The notes beneath the pieces are model-generated. The model had not been told where the DNA came from. It was given only the letters and a program-made list of their open reading frames with translations, and did no database searches. A DNA stretch of 37,481 bases from Candidatus Moraniibacteriota bacterium (GTDB taxonomy: Bacteria; Patescibacteriota; Minisyncoccia; JAHIHE01; DAOVOJ01), in assembly GCA_030629775.1 (NCBI GenBank), contig DAOVOJ010000001.1:1-37481 (forward strand), read 5' to 3'. Below are positions 1 to 9,515 of this stretch, piece after piece (the stretch's first letter is position 1; each line of letters begins with the position of its first letter). A program made the translations under genes and the position numbers.

Positions 1-441
1 CGTATCAATTTTTCCCCTCCTTGCGAAGAGCCTGTCCTCAACTTGATTGGGGAAGGAGCTAGGGGTGGTTTGAATTATTTTCAAAACTTCTTCCACAATA
101 ATTTCTGTTTCGGGGCGGGGGATTAAAACATTTTTATTGACGATAAAATCCAAACCAAAAAATTCTTTGTGTCCGATAATGTAAGCGACCGGTTCGCGTT
201 TTAATCGGCGGTTGATAAAATTATTAAATTTTTTTTCTTCATCTTGATTTAGTTTGTAATCAGAATGAGAATATAAAAAAGTCTTAGTGAATTTTAAAAG
301 TTCCTTCTTGGGAGGGGATTGGGGGTGGGTTATTTTATTCAACGCCGCCAATAACAAAACTTCCGCGTCAAGAGAAGCGGAAGGAATATTTTTTTGGTTT
401 AATTTTTCAGTGGTATTTTTAAGCGCTTGATGAATGTTCAT
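1..441 (-). CDS. prmC: Release-factor glutamine methyltransferase PrmC/HemK, N-terminal part (runs off the left edge; absent from the supplied ORF track)
   Basis: Hand translation of the reverse strand from ATG (441..439) stays open for all 147 codons to position 1: MNIHQALKNTTEKLNQKNIPSASLDAEVLLLAALNK...RRLKREPVAYIIGHKEFFGLDFIVNKNVLIPRPETEIIVEEV. LDAEVLL, EPVAYIxGxxxF and VLIPRPETE are typical HemK N-terminal and linker motifs. Confidence 0.75.
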   Translation of the reverse strand, partial: MNIHQALKNTTEKLNQKNIPSASLDAEVLLLAALNKITHPQSPPKKELLKFTKTFLYSHSDYKLNQDEEKKFNNFINRRLKREPVAYIIGHKEFFGLDFIVNKNVLIPRPETEIIVEEVLKIIQTTPSSFPNQVEDRLFARRGKIDT

Positions 442-514
442 ATATAAAAATATTTGACTTTGTTTTATTTAGTGTTAGTATGTGTATACTAATGTTTGTA
501 AAGGAGGTTAGATT

Positions 515-760
515 TTGTTAGAATTAGACAGAATCGGCGCAATGTTCACGATAAAGGTTGAGTGGCAAGATGCTGAAACGGCAAAAGTAAGTCTTCTTCC
601 AAAAACAGAAGAAGATAGGATAATAACTGAGGAGGAGATAGACAAGTTAATATCTCAAAGCGAAGAAGGCGGATGGGAGTTGTTTAAAATTGAAACATCC
701 AAAGATCCCGAAACAAAACTTGCCATTGAGAAAATGACTATGTCATCATATCGTCAATGA
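515..760 (+). CDS. Hypothetical small acidic protein (81 aa)
   Basis: TTG start 7 nt after AGGAGG (502..507). Followed by a hairpin plus T-run. No family recognised. Confidence 0.5.
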   Translation: MLELDRIGAMFTIKVEWQDAETAKVSLLPKTEEDRIITEEEIDKLISQSEEGGWELFKIETSKDPETKLAIEKMTMSSYRQ

Positions 761-771
761 AGAGTAATTTT

Positions 772-800
772 AGCCAGGTTCATACCTTGGCTATTTTTTT
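772..800 (+). terminator. Hairpin plus T-run between convergent genes
   Basis: agccagg-ttcata-ccttggct followed by T7 on the + strand. It overlaps the atpC stop codon. Confidence 0.5.
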
Positions 801-1215
801 ATTTCCTTCTATACTTCTTCACAATCTTTAATCTTGTCAAAGATTTTTCCAGAATTGCTGACGCGTCGGCGAAGGCGACATCGGAGAGGCGATCTTTTTC
901 TTTTAAAGTGTCCTCCGCTCGTTGGCGGGCTTCCTCCGCTTTTTGCTCGTCAATTTCCTCTATTCGCTCGGCGACATCGGTCATAATGATAACTTCGCTG
1001 TCAGGCCTTACCTCAATAAACCCGCCCCAAACCGCCATCGGAATTTCTTTTGAATCGTTTTTGATCAGCAGTTCCCCGTGCGTCATTAAACTGACCAAAG
1101 GAAGATGATTTGGCAAAATGGTAATTTCTCCCTCTTTCGTCGGCACGCTCACCTGATCAACTTTTCCCTCGCAAGCGACTTTCTCCGGAGTTAATACTTG
1201 TAGGTTTATTTTCAT
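799..1215 (-). CDS. atpC: F0F1 ATP synthase subunit epsilon
   Basis: 138 aa, last gene of the atp operon. The N-terminal beta-sandwich sequence (LQVLTPEK...VSVPTKEGEITILPNHLPLVS) and C-terminal helical hairpin are typical of epsilon. Confidence 0.9.
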   Translation of the reverse strand: MKINLQVLTPEKVACEGKVDQVSVPTKEGEITILPNHLPLVSLMTHGELLIKNDSKEIPMAVWGGFIEVRPDSEVIIMTDVAERIEEIDEQKAEEARQRAEDTLKEKDRLSDVAFADASAILEKSLTRLKIVKKYRRK

Positions 1216-1258
1216 TCTTTTTAATTAGAGGATTGTTTATTAATGAATTATACATTTT

Positions 1259-1395
1259 TGTCATTCCGACCGAAGTGACCCTGCGGCGATAGCCGAAGAG
1301 GGAACGAAGTGGAGGAATCGCTTAAACATTGTTTATCGAGATTTACATTATTGAAGCGATTTCTCATTCCACTATCGCTCCATTTCGAAATGACA
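1259..1395. repeat. TGTCAT...ATGACA hairpin element (MITE-like), atpD/atpC spacer
   Basis: Starts tgtcattccgaccgaagtgaccctgcggcgatagccgaagagggaacgaagtggaggaatc and ends ...gaaatgaca. The left arm is near-identical to 25731..25791 and, inverted, to 2972..3032. Confidence 0.85.
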
Positions 1396-1409
1396 AAAAA
1401 GGTAATTTT

Positions 1410-2798
<1,389 letters not shown>

Positions 2799-2837
2799 TT
2801 AAGTTTTAAATAATAATAGGAGTTTCTCGCTCTAATT

Positions 2838-3032
2838 TGTCATTCCGAGCGACGATGGCCCTTTTTGTCATTCCGACCGAGCGACGATAGGAGCGAGTGG
2901 AGGAATCTGCCAGCAAGAAAAGCGTGTGTTTTAATAATGTCTTTATTAGAAATAAGTATTTCGTGTTTACAGATTCCTCCACTCCGTTCCTTCTTCGGCT
3001 ATCGCCTCAGGGTCACTTCGGTCGGAATGACA
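2838..3032. repeat. TGTCAT...ATGACA hairpin element with a duplicated left end
   Basis: A partial left end lies at 2838..2858 (tgtcattccgagcgacgatgg) and a full left arm starts at 2866. The right arm cagattcctccactccgttccttcttcggctatcgcctcagggtcacttcggtcggaatgaca ends at 3032. Confidence 0.85.
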
Positions 3033-3095
3033 AAAAATGAGGAGGTTTTAATTTTTAAATTTTTAGAAATTAAGTTTTGGAAAGGAAGCTAAATT

Positions 3096-3299
3096 TTAAC
3101 TTCCTTTTTTTATTAGCTCGTTTAAATCAAAGTTTAAATCCGCCAATTCAAGTTTCAATCGTTTTTCTTTTTGCTGTAATCTAGCAAAAGTCTTCCGTTT
3201 TTTATTTATTTTATTTGTCAGTCTAGCGATCTTATTATCTCGCTCTTTGTCGGTAATCGTCTCAATGTTTGACGCCGCGGGTATTGTTTTATTGCCCAT
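3096..3299 (-). CDS. Hypothetical 67-aa Lys/Arg-rich coiled-coil protein inserted between atpG and atpD
   Basis: GGAGGAG lies 6 nt upstream of the ATG on the minus strand. It is co-oriented with the operon. No family recognised. Confidence 0.5.
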   Translation of the reverse strand: MGNKTIPAASNIETITDKERDNKIARLTNKINKKRKTFARLQQKEKRLKLELADLNFDLNELIKKGS

Positions 3300-3425
3300 T
3301 TATATCTCCTCCATAAAATTTTTGAAAACAATTTTTGTTTCCAAAACTCAATTTCCAAATTTTCAAGGTGCTTTTTGATAATAATCCTAATAACCTAAAA
3401 AGCTAATAACCTACAACTCAAGAAG

Positions 3426-4331
3426 CTAACTCTCCATTGCCGCTACTCCCGCGGAAATTTCGGTGATCTGATTGGTGATTCCTTGCTGGCGGACATAGTT
3501 GTAAGTCAGATTCAGGTCGTCAAGCATTTCTTTGGCGCTGTCGGTCGCGGTTTTCATTGCTACCATTCTGGCGCTGTGTTCGGAAGCATTTGACTCTAAA
3601 ATAATATGAAAGGCCTGAATTTCAAGAAGAGCGGGGAGCAGTTTCTTTAACACCTCTTCGGGCGATGGTTCAAATTTATATTCTATTTCGCTGGTTGGAA
3701 TCTCAGGTTTCACATCCGGCTTTATTTCTTCGATCTCTTCAATTATTTCTTCCAGGCTTTTTCTAGTGATCGGCATAATTTGGCGGCAGGCGACTTTTTG
3801 AACCAGGGTGGAAACAAAGTTGGTGTAAACGGCGATAACCTGATCGTATTCTCCTTGGCAGTAATCCTTGATAACCATTCTGGAGATCGGAGTGGTTTCC
3901 AGAAGTTCCACCGTGTCTCCGATGTTGGTGAATTCGGCAATGATGTTGTGTTTCTTTTTAAAAGCGTCCCGCGCCTTTTTGCCGATAGTGATCAGCGCGA
4001 TCTCTTTATCTTTATTTAGATCAATAACTTTCTGCGTTCTTTTAATAACGGCGCTATTTAGTCCGCCGCAGAGACCTTTGTCGGAAGTAACTACCAATAA
4101 ACATATTTTTTTCACTTCTCTTTTTTCCAGCAAGCTATGTCTTTTGGGCTCTGTTTTCTGGCTGACATTGTTTAAAATTTCCAACGCTCTTTCCGCGTAA
4201 GGCCGCGCCACCAAAGCCGCTTCCTGGCTTTTGCGCATTTTGGAAGCCGCCACCATTTCCATCGCCTTGGTGATCTGCTGGGTATTTTTAACAGACTGAA
4301 TTCTGCGTTTTATATCTCTAGTTGAAGACAT
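3426..4331 (-). CDS. atpG: F0F1 ATP synthase subunit gamma
   Basis: 301 aa. The N-terminus is MSSTRDIKRRIQSVKNTQQITKAMEMVAASKMRK and the C-terminus is ITNQITEISAGVAA. Both are characteristic gamma helices. Confidence 0.95.
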   Translation of the reverse strand: MSSTRDIKRRIQSVKNTQQITKAMEMVAASKMRKSQEAALVARPYAERALEILNNVSQKTEPKRHSLLEKREVKKICLLVVTSDKGLCGGLNSAVIKRTQKVIDLNKDKEIALITIGKKARDAFKKKHNIIAEFTNIGDTVELLETTPISRMVIKDYCQGEYDQVIAVYTNFVSTLVQKVACRQIMPITRKSLEEIIEEIEEIKPDVKPEIPTSEIEYKFEPSPEEVLKKLLPALLEIQAFHIILESNASEHSARMVAMKTATDSAKEMLDDLNLTYNYVRQQGITNQITEISAGVAAMES

Positions 4332-4435
4332 AATATCATTTTAACATTTGAACATACTAACATTTAAACATTTTAGAATTTTAAGGCAGTTTTTAGAAGG
4401 ACTGTTTTTTTGTTGCTCCGCGCTTCCGTTTAACC

Positions 4436-4596
4436 CGTCATCCTGAGCGGAACGGAGCGATAGCGGAGTGGAGTCGAAGGATCCCTGTGCGACAATTCTA
4501 AGAGCTGTCAGGAAGGGATCCTTCGGCTCGTTCCTCGCTCAGGATGACGGTGTGAGAAGACGGGATTCTTCGGCTCCTATCGTCGCTCAGAATGAC
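4436..4596. repeat. TGTCAT-family hairpin element plus an extra solo right end, atpA/atpG spacer
   Basis: gtcatcctgagcgg...ggatccc // gggatcc...cgctcaggatgac (4436..4547), followed by gggattcttcggctcctatcgtcgctcagaatgaca (to 4596). Confidence 0.85.
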
Positions 4597-4619
4597 AAGT
4601 TTTTGCTCCGTTATCATTT

Positions 4620-6119
4620 CTACTCCCCAAAAATTTTCTTAAACTCCTCAATCGTTGTTTTCAACTTTTTCTCAATTCCTTCATCCAGATCTTTCTTCTT
4701 CGCGATTTCGTTTAAAACGACGGAATATTTATCATCCATAAATTTCAAATATTTTTCTTCAAACTCTTTTATTTTCTCCACTTCAACATCATCCAAGAAT
4801 CCGTTGATGGCGGCAAAAATAATGGCAACCTGTTTTTCAACCGGCATCGGTTGGTATTGTCCTTGTTTTAAAATTTCAGCCAGCCTTTTCCCTCGCTCAA
4901 TCCTTTGTTTGGTTTCTTCGTCCAAGTCAGAACTAAATTGGGCAAAAGCCGCCAGTTCTCTGAATTGCGCCAATTCCAGCCTTAACTTTCCCGCCACCTT
5001 TTTCATTGCTTTGATCTGGGCGTGGGATCCGACCCGAGAAACGGAAAGTCCGACATTAAGAGCGGGGCGAACGCCTTGATAAAACAAATCGGCCTCTAAA
5101 TAAATCTGTCCGTCGGTAATGGAAATAACATTGGTGGGAATATAAGCGGAAACATCGCCGGATTGAGTTTCAATGATCGGCAGGGCGGTCAAAGAGCCGC
5201 CGCCGTATTTCTCATCCAGTTTAGCCGCTCGTTCCAGCAGTCTTGAATGAAGGTAAAAAACATCGCCGGGATAAGCTTCTCGTCCCGGAGGTCTTCTTAA
5301 TAACAAAGAAACCTGCCGATAAGCCCAGGCGTGTTTGCTCAGGTCGTCGTAAATTATTAAAGCGTCTTTGCCCTGATCCATAAAATATTCTCCGATCGCG
5401 CAGCCGGTGTAAGGGGCGATGTAAGATAAAGAAGCGGAATCGGAAGCGCCGGACAGCACGATAATGGTGTGCTTCATCGCGTCGTGTTTTTCCAGCTCGG
5501 CAACGATCTTTGCCACTTTGGATTCTTTTTGCCCGATGGCGACATAAATACAAACGACATCTTTGCCTTTTTGGTTGATGATCGCGTCAATGGCGATCGC
5601 CGTTTTTCCTGTTTGCCGATCGCCGATAATTAATTCCCGCTGTCCTCGTCCAATGGGGATCATTGAATCAATCGCCTTGACGCCGGTTTGCAGGGGAGTG
5701 TCAACTGATTTTCTGGTAATCACCCGCGGAGCGACTTTTTCCACCGGATAGAATTTTTCGGTTTTAATTTCGCCTTTGCCGTCAACCGGCTGGCCGAGAG
5801 CGTTAACCGTTCGGCCGATCATTTGGTCGTCGACCGGAACTTCCAAAATTCGCCCGGTGCTTTTAACAAGGTCGCCTTCTTTTATATTTAAATAATCTCC
5901 CAGAACAATTACTCCGACATTGTCCTGTTCAAGGTTAAGGGCGACCCCAAGAACGCCGCCGGGAAATTCCAAAAGTTCGCTTGCCATTACTTCTCTCAAT
6001 CCGCTGACGACGGCAATTCCATCGCCGACTTTAATGACATTGCCGACTTTTTCTGTTTCAACATCCAATTTTGTCTGTTGAATTTGCTGTTTTAAAGTTT
6101 CAATGATGTGGCTTTTCAT
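4620..6119 (-). CDS. atpA: F0F1 ATP synthase subunit alpha
   Basis: 499 aa with Walker A GDRQTGKT and full-length alpha-subunit resemblance. Confidence 0.97.
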   Translation of the reverse strand: MKSHIIETLKQQIQQTKLDVETEKVGNVIKVGDGIAVVSGLREVMASELLEFPGGVLGVALNLEQDNVGVIVLGDYLNIKEGDLVKSTGRILEVPVDDQMIGRTVNALGQPVDGKGEIKTEKFYPVEKVAPRVITRKSVDTPLQTGVKAIDSMIPIGRGQRELIIGDRQTGKTAIAIDAIINQKGKDVVCIYVAIGQKESKVAKIVAELEKHDAMKHTIIVLSGASDSASLSYIAPYTGCAIGEYFMDQGKDALIIYDDLSKHAWAYRQVSLLLRRPPGREAYPGDVFYLHSRLLERAAKLDEKYGGGSLTALPIIETQSGDVSAYIPTNVISITDGQIYLEADLFYQGVRPALNVGLSVSRVGSHAQIKAMKKVAGKLRLELAQFRELAAFAQFSSDLDEETKQRIERGKRLAEILKQGQYQPMPVEKQVAIIFAAINGFLDDVEVEKIKEFEEKYLKFMDDKYSVVLNEIAKKKDLDEGIEKKLKTTIEEFKKIFGE

Positions 6120-6135
6120 ATTTGGTTAATTACTT

Positions 6136-6190
6136 ATTAACGGATTAACGGATTAACGGATTTAATTCGTTAATTCTTTAATCCGTTAAT
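6136..6190. repeat. Three tandem attaacgg units plus one inverted copy
   Basis: attaacgg occurs three times at 6136..6159. atccgttaat at 6181..6190 is the reverse complement, so a stem-loop is possible in the atpH/atpA spacer. Confidence 0.7.
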
Positions 6191-6212
6191 AAACAATTCT
6201 TTAATTTTTTAC

Positions 6213-6638
6213 CTAACCGATATTTCTTTTCAATCTTTCTAACTTCTTTTTAATACTTCCGTCAATCAATGTGTCTCCTATCCTGATCACCGCTCCGCCG
6301 ATCAAACTCTCGTCAACCTTTTGTTCAATTTCCACCGTTTGTTCCAGTTTCCGGGTTATGGCGTTGACGATCTCACCGTCTATTTTTTCGCTGGTGGTGA
6401 TTTGAACTTTGGCGATGTTTTTTTCTTGTCGGCAGCAGTTTTGATACTCGCTCATTATTCTGTTTCCCAGTGACAAGTCGTTATTCTTTTTTAAAACATC
6501 AACAAAATGCTCAACTATCTCGCCGGTTTTTTCTTCGGGCAGCTGTTGAGTTGATTCGTATAAAGCGACAGCGTATTGTTTAGGAGTGATTTTCATAATT
6601 GGGACAGTATTAAGTATTAAGTAGCTTACTTTTGTCAT
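6213..6638 (-). CDS. atpH: F0F1 ATP synthase subunit delta (OSCP); the true start is probably ATG at 6596
   Basis: Its position between atpF and atpA, and the text ITPKQYAVALYE...GGAVIRIGDTLIDGSIKKKLERLK, fit delta. The ATG at 6638 belongs to the atgaca terminus of the repeat at 6633..6749, so the 127-aa version starting MKITPKQY (6596) is more plausible. Confidence 0.85.
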   Translation of the reverse strand: MTKVSYLILNTVPIMKITPKQYAVALYESTQQLPEEKTGEIVEHFVDVLKKNNDLSLGNRIMSEYQNCCRQEKNIAKVQITTSEKIDGEIVNAITRKLEQTVEIEQKVDESLIGGAVIRIGDTLIDGSIKKKLERLKRNIG

Positions 6639-6749
6639 CCCCGCGAAGGCGGGGATCCATTGCTACTATTTGCTTTATTAGCGATAAAAACTTTTTATTT
6701 TAATAACGCTTTATTGTAATAGTGGATTCCCGCCTTCGCGGGAATGACA
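6633..6749. repeat. ORF-less TGTCAT hairpin element of the same subtype as the GIY-YIG-carrying copy
   Basis: tgtcatccccgcgaaggcggggatccattgctac ... gtaatagtggattcccgccttcgcgggaatgaca. Compare the termini of 26953..27401. Confidence 0.85.
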
Positions 6750-6753
6750 AATG

Positions 6754-7254
6754 CTACTGTTTTATTTTCCTTAAACTTTCTTTTACCAATTCCTTCTCTT
6801 TCTCTTCATCAATATTTCGGCCGATAATTTTCTTGCTAATTTCAATTGCCAGATCAGCGATCTCTTGGCGGGCTTCCATAACAGACTTTTCTTTCTCGCT
6901 TCTGATCTCTTCTTTGGCTTTAGTGACTATCTCCCGCGTTTTCTTGATGGCTTCTTCGGCCATTTCTTCTTTTTTCCGTTTGCCGGTTTCTTCCGCCTCG
7001 GCGATGAGAGCCCGATATTCTTCCCGCGCTTTTTTCATTTCCTTTTTTCTATTTTCCTCGGTTCTTTGAAGCTCTTCTTCTATTTTTTTGGCTTGCTTCA
7101 AGCTTTTATCAATGGTGTCGGCTCTTTTTTGAAGCATACTTAAAATAGGCTTGTAAGCGACGCGGTGGAGAATAATAAGCAACAGGATAAAGTTGACCGC
7201 TTGCGCGACGATAAGTTTGACATCAAGTCCAAGTTTGGTAAATATTTCTGGCAT
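6754..7254 (-). CDS. atpF: F0F1 ATP synthase subunit b
   Basis: 166 aa with one N-terminal TM helix followed by a long charged helix. Position in the operon supports the call. Confidence 0.9.
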   Translation of the reverse strand: MPEIFTKLGLDVKLIVAQAVNFILLLIILHRVAYKPILSMLQKRADTIDKSLKQAKKIEEELQRTEENRKKEMKKAREEYRALIAEAEETGKRKKEEMAEEAIKKTREIVTKAKEEIRSEKEKSVMEARQEIADLAIEISKKIIGRNIDEEKEKELVKESLRKIKQ

Positions 7255-7297
7255 AGGTAAAGAGTTAAAAGTCTATAAAGTTTATAAAGTCCATTCA

Positions 7298-7332
7298 ATT
7301 CCCCTCTCGGGAGGGGGTTGGGGGTGGGTTAC
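7298..7332 (+). repeat. G-box: CCCCTC hairpin followed by four G-tracts
   Basis: attcccctctcgggagggggttgggggtgggttac. The same unit occurs at 301..331, 9195..9226 and 12474..12510, with degenerate copies at 12..73 and 35703..35729. Confidence 0.8.
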
Positions 7333-7593
7333 TGAAATTAAGTGTTAAGAAAAAGGCGAAAGAAAAATTTTTATTTTTTATTTTTCTTTCAAATAGGGCA
7401 ACAGCCCCTAAAAATAAAACTTGTTACCAGGAATCCAATGACAATTTGAATTCCTATAAATATTATTTTCTTTGTTTTGTTCACTTGTTGTTTTACCTCC
7501 TTTTATTTTCCTTTATCTCAAAACTCAATTCAATTTTCAAAGAACGGGAAATTGGAAATTAGGTTTTAGGAAGATGAAGAAAATTCTTCATCT

Positions 7594-7818
7594 TCAGTCT
7601 GTTTTTACGGCTTTTTTAATGGCATGTTTTTGCCATTCTGCTGTTGCTTTTGCTGATTCTATTAAAGTTTTTTTGATATCTTTCTGCATTGCTTCTACAT
7701 TTAATGTCCCGTCTTTATTAAGCCAGGGCTTGATGTTAAGATTTGGATCGTTTGGATCTATTTTTAATTCAATCCAAGCAAACCTCTGCTTTTTATCCTC
7801 ACTTTTATTTTTTGGCAT
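7594..7818 (-). CDS. Hypothetical 74-aa protein inserted between atpE and atpF
   Basis: AGGAGG lies about 8 nt upstream of the ATG on the minus strand. A perfect 10-bp hairpin (7570..7595) overlaps the stop codon. No family recognised. Confidence 0.55.
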   Translation of the reverse strand: MPKNKSEDKKQRFAWIELKIDPNDPNLNIKPWLNKDGTLNVEAMQKDIKKTLIESAKATAEWQKHAIKKAVKTD

Positions 7819-7941
7819 AGCTTATTTTCCTCCTAAAATATGTTTATTTTCCCAGAACCTAATTCCCAATTTTCAAAGAACCAACAATTTAATACTCACA
7901 CTCCAAAAGAGAAAATAATTTCTCTTTTGACTGAATGATCA

Positions 7942-8202
<261 letters not shown>

Positions 8203-8226
8203 TTAAAATTATAAAATGGTTATGTT

Positions 8227-8991
8227 CTAATGAGCTGTTACCGCTGTTTTCAAAAATACTAGCGTTAACATAGCGAAAACCAACGCTTGAATCAAGCCAA
8301 CGAAAAGTTCCAGTCCGAAGAAGGGGAGCGGGGCGATGAAAGGAGCGAGGGTCATAATAACAACCAGCAAGACTTCGCCGGCAAAAACATTGCCAAAAAG
8401 CCGAAAAGAAAAAGAAACCATCTTAGCGGTTTCACTAACGATTTCCAGCAAGCCGACAAAGAATTTAATAGGGCTGCTGAAATTAATAAATTTCTTGCCG
8501 TATTTCATAAATCCAAGGATGGTAATGCCGAAAATTTGGGTAGCCATTACGGAAATAATCGCCAAGGACAAGGTCGCGTTTAAATCACTGTTGGCCGATC
8601 TGAGAATAGGAGAGAACACCTGATGGCTGCCATGGTCGTCCATTACCGTTTCAAAAAAACCGATCGACCCCATTCCCGGTAAAAGCCCGAGCCAGTTGGA
8701 AGCTAAAATGAAAATAAAAATCGTCGCTATCAAAGGAAAAAACTTGTAAGAAAGTTTGCGGTCGTTGGTAACGCCGTCGATCATACCCAGTAACGCTTCA
8801 ATGATCATCTCAAAAATATTCTGAACGCTAAGCGCTTTAGGAACCTCTCTTAATTTTTTGGCGGCAAAATGACCGATTAAAATTAAAATTAAGGAAGCGG
8901 CAACAGCGGTGATCAGGGTGTTGGTGATCGGCATCCCGCCTATGTGAAAAATAACTTCTGGAGTGATAGAGACATGCATACTTTTCGGCAA
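8227..8991 (-). CDS. atpB: F0F1 ATP synthase subunit a
   Basis: 254-aa polytopic protein with the SFRLFGNxFAGE motif. The start is either TTG at 8991 or ATG at 8979; neither has a good SD. Confidence 0.93.
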   Translation of the reverse strand: MPKSMHVSITPEVIFHIGGMPITNTLITAVAASLILILIGHFAAKKLREVPKALSVQNIFEMIIEALLGMIDGVTNDRKLSYKFFPLIATIFIFILASNWLGLLPGMGSIGFFETVMDDHGSHQVFSPILRSANSDLNATLSLAIISVMATQIFGITILGFMKYGKKFINFSSPIKFFVGLLEIVSETAKMVSFSFRLFGNVFAGEVLLVVIMTLAPFIAPLPFFGLELFVGLIQALVFAMLTLVFLKTAVTAH

Positions 8992-9037
8992 TTAAACAGT
9001 TAAGTTAAACTGATTTTTCCTCCTTATTAACAGAATT

Positions 9038-9066
9038 AGTTTACACTAGTTTTTTGGATAAGTCAA
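9038..9066 (-). promoter_or_regulatory. Candidate atp operon promoter
   Basis: The minus strand reads TTGACT-N17-TAAACT. The -35 element abuts the inverted repeat at 9066..9170. Confidence 0.35.
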
Positions 9067-9170
9067 CCCCGTTCTTAAATTTACAAAACTGTTTAGTAGT
9101 GGCTAACTATTTTGAATTGCTTCGGGTTATTTTGTCGTATAATTCTTTGTTGTAAATTTAAGAACGGGGT
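9066..9170. repeat. Perfect 21-bp inverted repeat with a 63-nt spacer
   Basis: accccgttcttaaatttacaa (9066..9086) is the reverse complement of ttgtaaatttaagaacggggt (9150..9170). Confidence 0.85.
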
Positions 9171-9194
9171 CAAGTTATATTAACATTTTTATAA

Positions 9195-9226
9195 TTCCCC
9201 TCTCGGGAGGGGGTTGGGGGAGGGTT
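9195..9226 (+). repeat. G-box copy
   Basis: ttcccctctcgggagggggttgggggagggtt. Confidence 0.8.
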
Positions 9227-9256
9227 AAATTAGCGCGAGGCGGAAATCCCCTTTCC

Positions 9257-9450
9257 GTCATTCCGGAAAATTTCGGAGTGATAACGGAGAAATTTATCCG
9301 GAATCCACTGTTTCGTTATGCCTTTTTAGAAATAATAAGCGAGTGGTAAAATGGCAATCTTAGTTGTAGCAGTGGATCCCAGATATTTTTTCTGGAATTT
9401 ATGCTGATGAAAATCAGTGCTATCGTTCCAGAAAAAATTCTGGGATGACA
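9257..9450. repeat. TGTCAT-family hairpin element
   Basis: gtcattccggaaaatttcgg...ccggaatccactg ... cagtggatcccaga...ttctgggatgaca. The inner boundary ggaatccact resembles the GIY-YIG copy. Confidence 0.75.
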
Positions 9451-9515
9451 AATTTTTCTGTTACCAGGAGGCTTTATTTCTCGGCTGTTCAATGTTTCTA
9501 TGTTAAAATGTTTAT

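Noticed and set aside
2865-3092. ORFs that translate repeat elements (also 6722..7069, 9316..9534, 10201..10452, 25828..26010, 14953..15165, 23284..23475 and 23300..23548)
   Set aside because: Each consists largely of TGTCAT-family, G-box or island-junction repeat sequence (e.g. SFRPSDDRSEWRNL, PSPTSPQPSPNFPKSPPKPP). They have no SD, and the same peptides would recur wherever the repeat occurs.
3080-3115. Hairpin plus T-run on the + strand (ggaag-ctaaattttaa-cttcc-ttttttt)
   Set aside because: No + strand gene ends upstream of it, and on the minus strand it lacks a T-run. It may weakly terminate or stabilise the 67-aa ORF transcript, but it is not callable.
4468-5079. 203-aa + strand ORF
   Set aside because: It starts inside the repeat element at 4436..4596 and then runs antisense to atpA. 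The translation is low-complexity and Ser/Phe-rich. It is an artefact of the strong gene on the opposite strand.
7389-7484. 31-aa minus-strand ORF (GTG start; VNKTKKIIFIGIQIVIGFLVTSFIFRGCCPI)
   Set aside because: It is too short, has a non-ATG start and sits 11 nt from the SD, so it is not listed as a feature. It is mentioned only within the atp-operon finding because it shares the upstream motif.
7472-7918. 148-aa + strand ORF across the atpE/atpF spacer
   Set aside because: It is antisense to the SD-bearing 74-aa ORF, spans AT-rich low-complexity spacer and has no ribosome-binding site.
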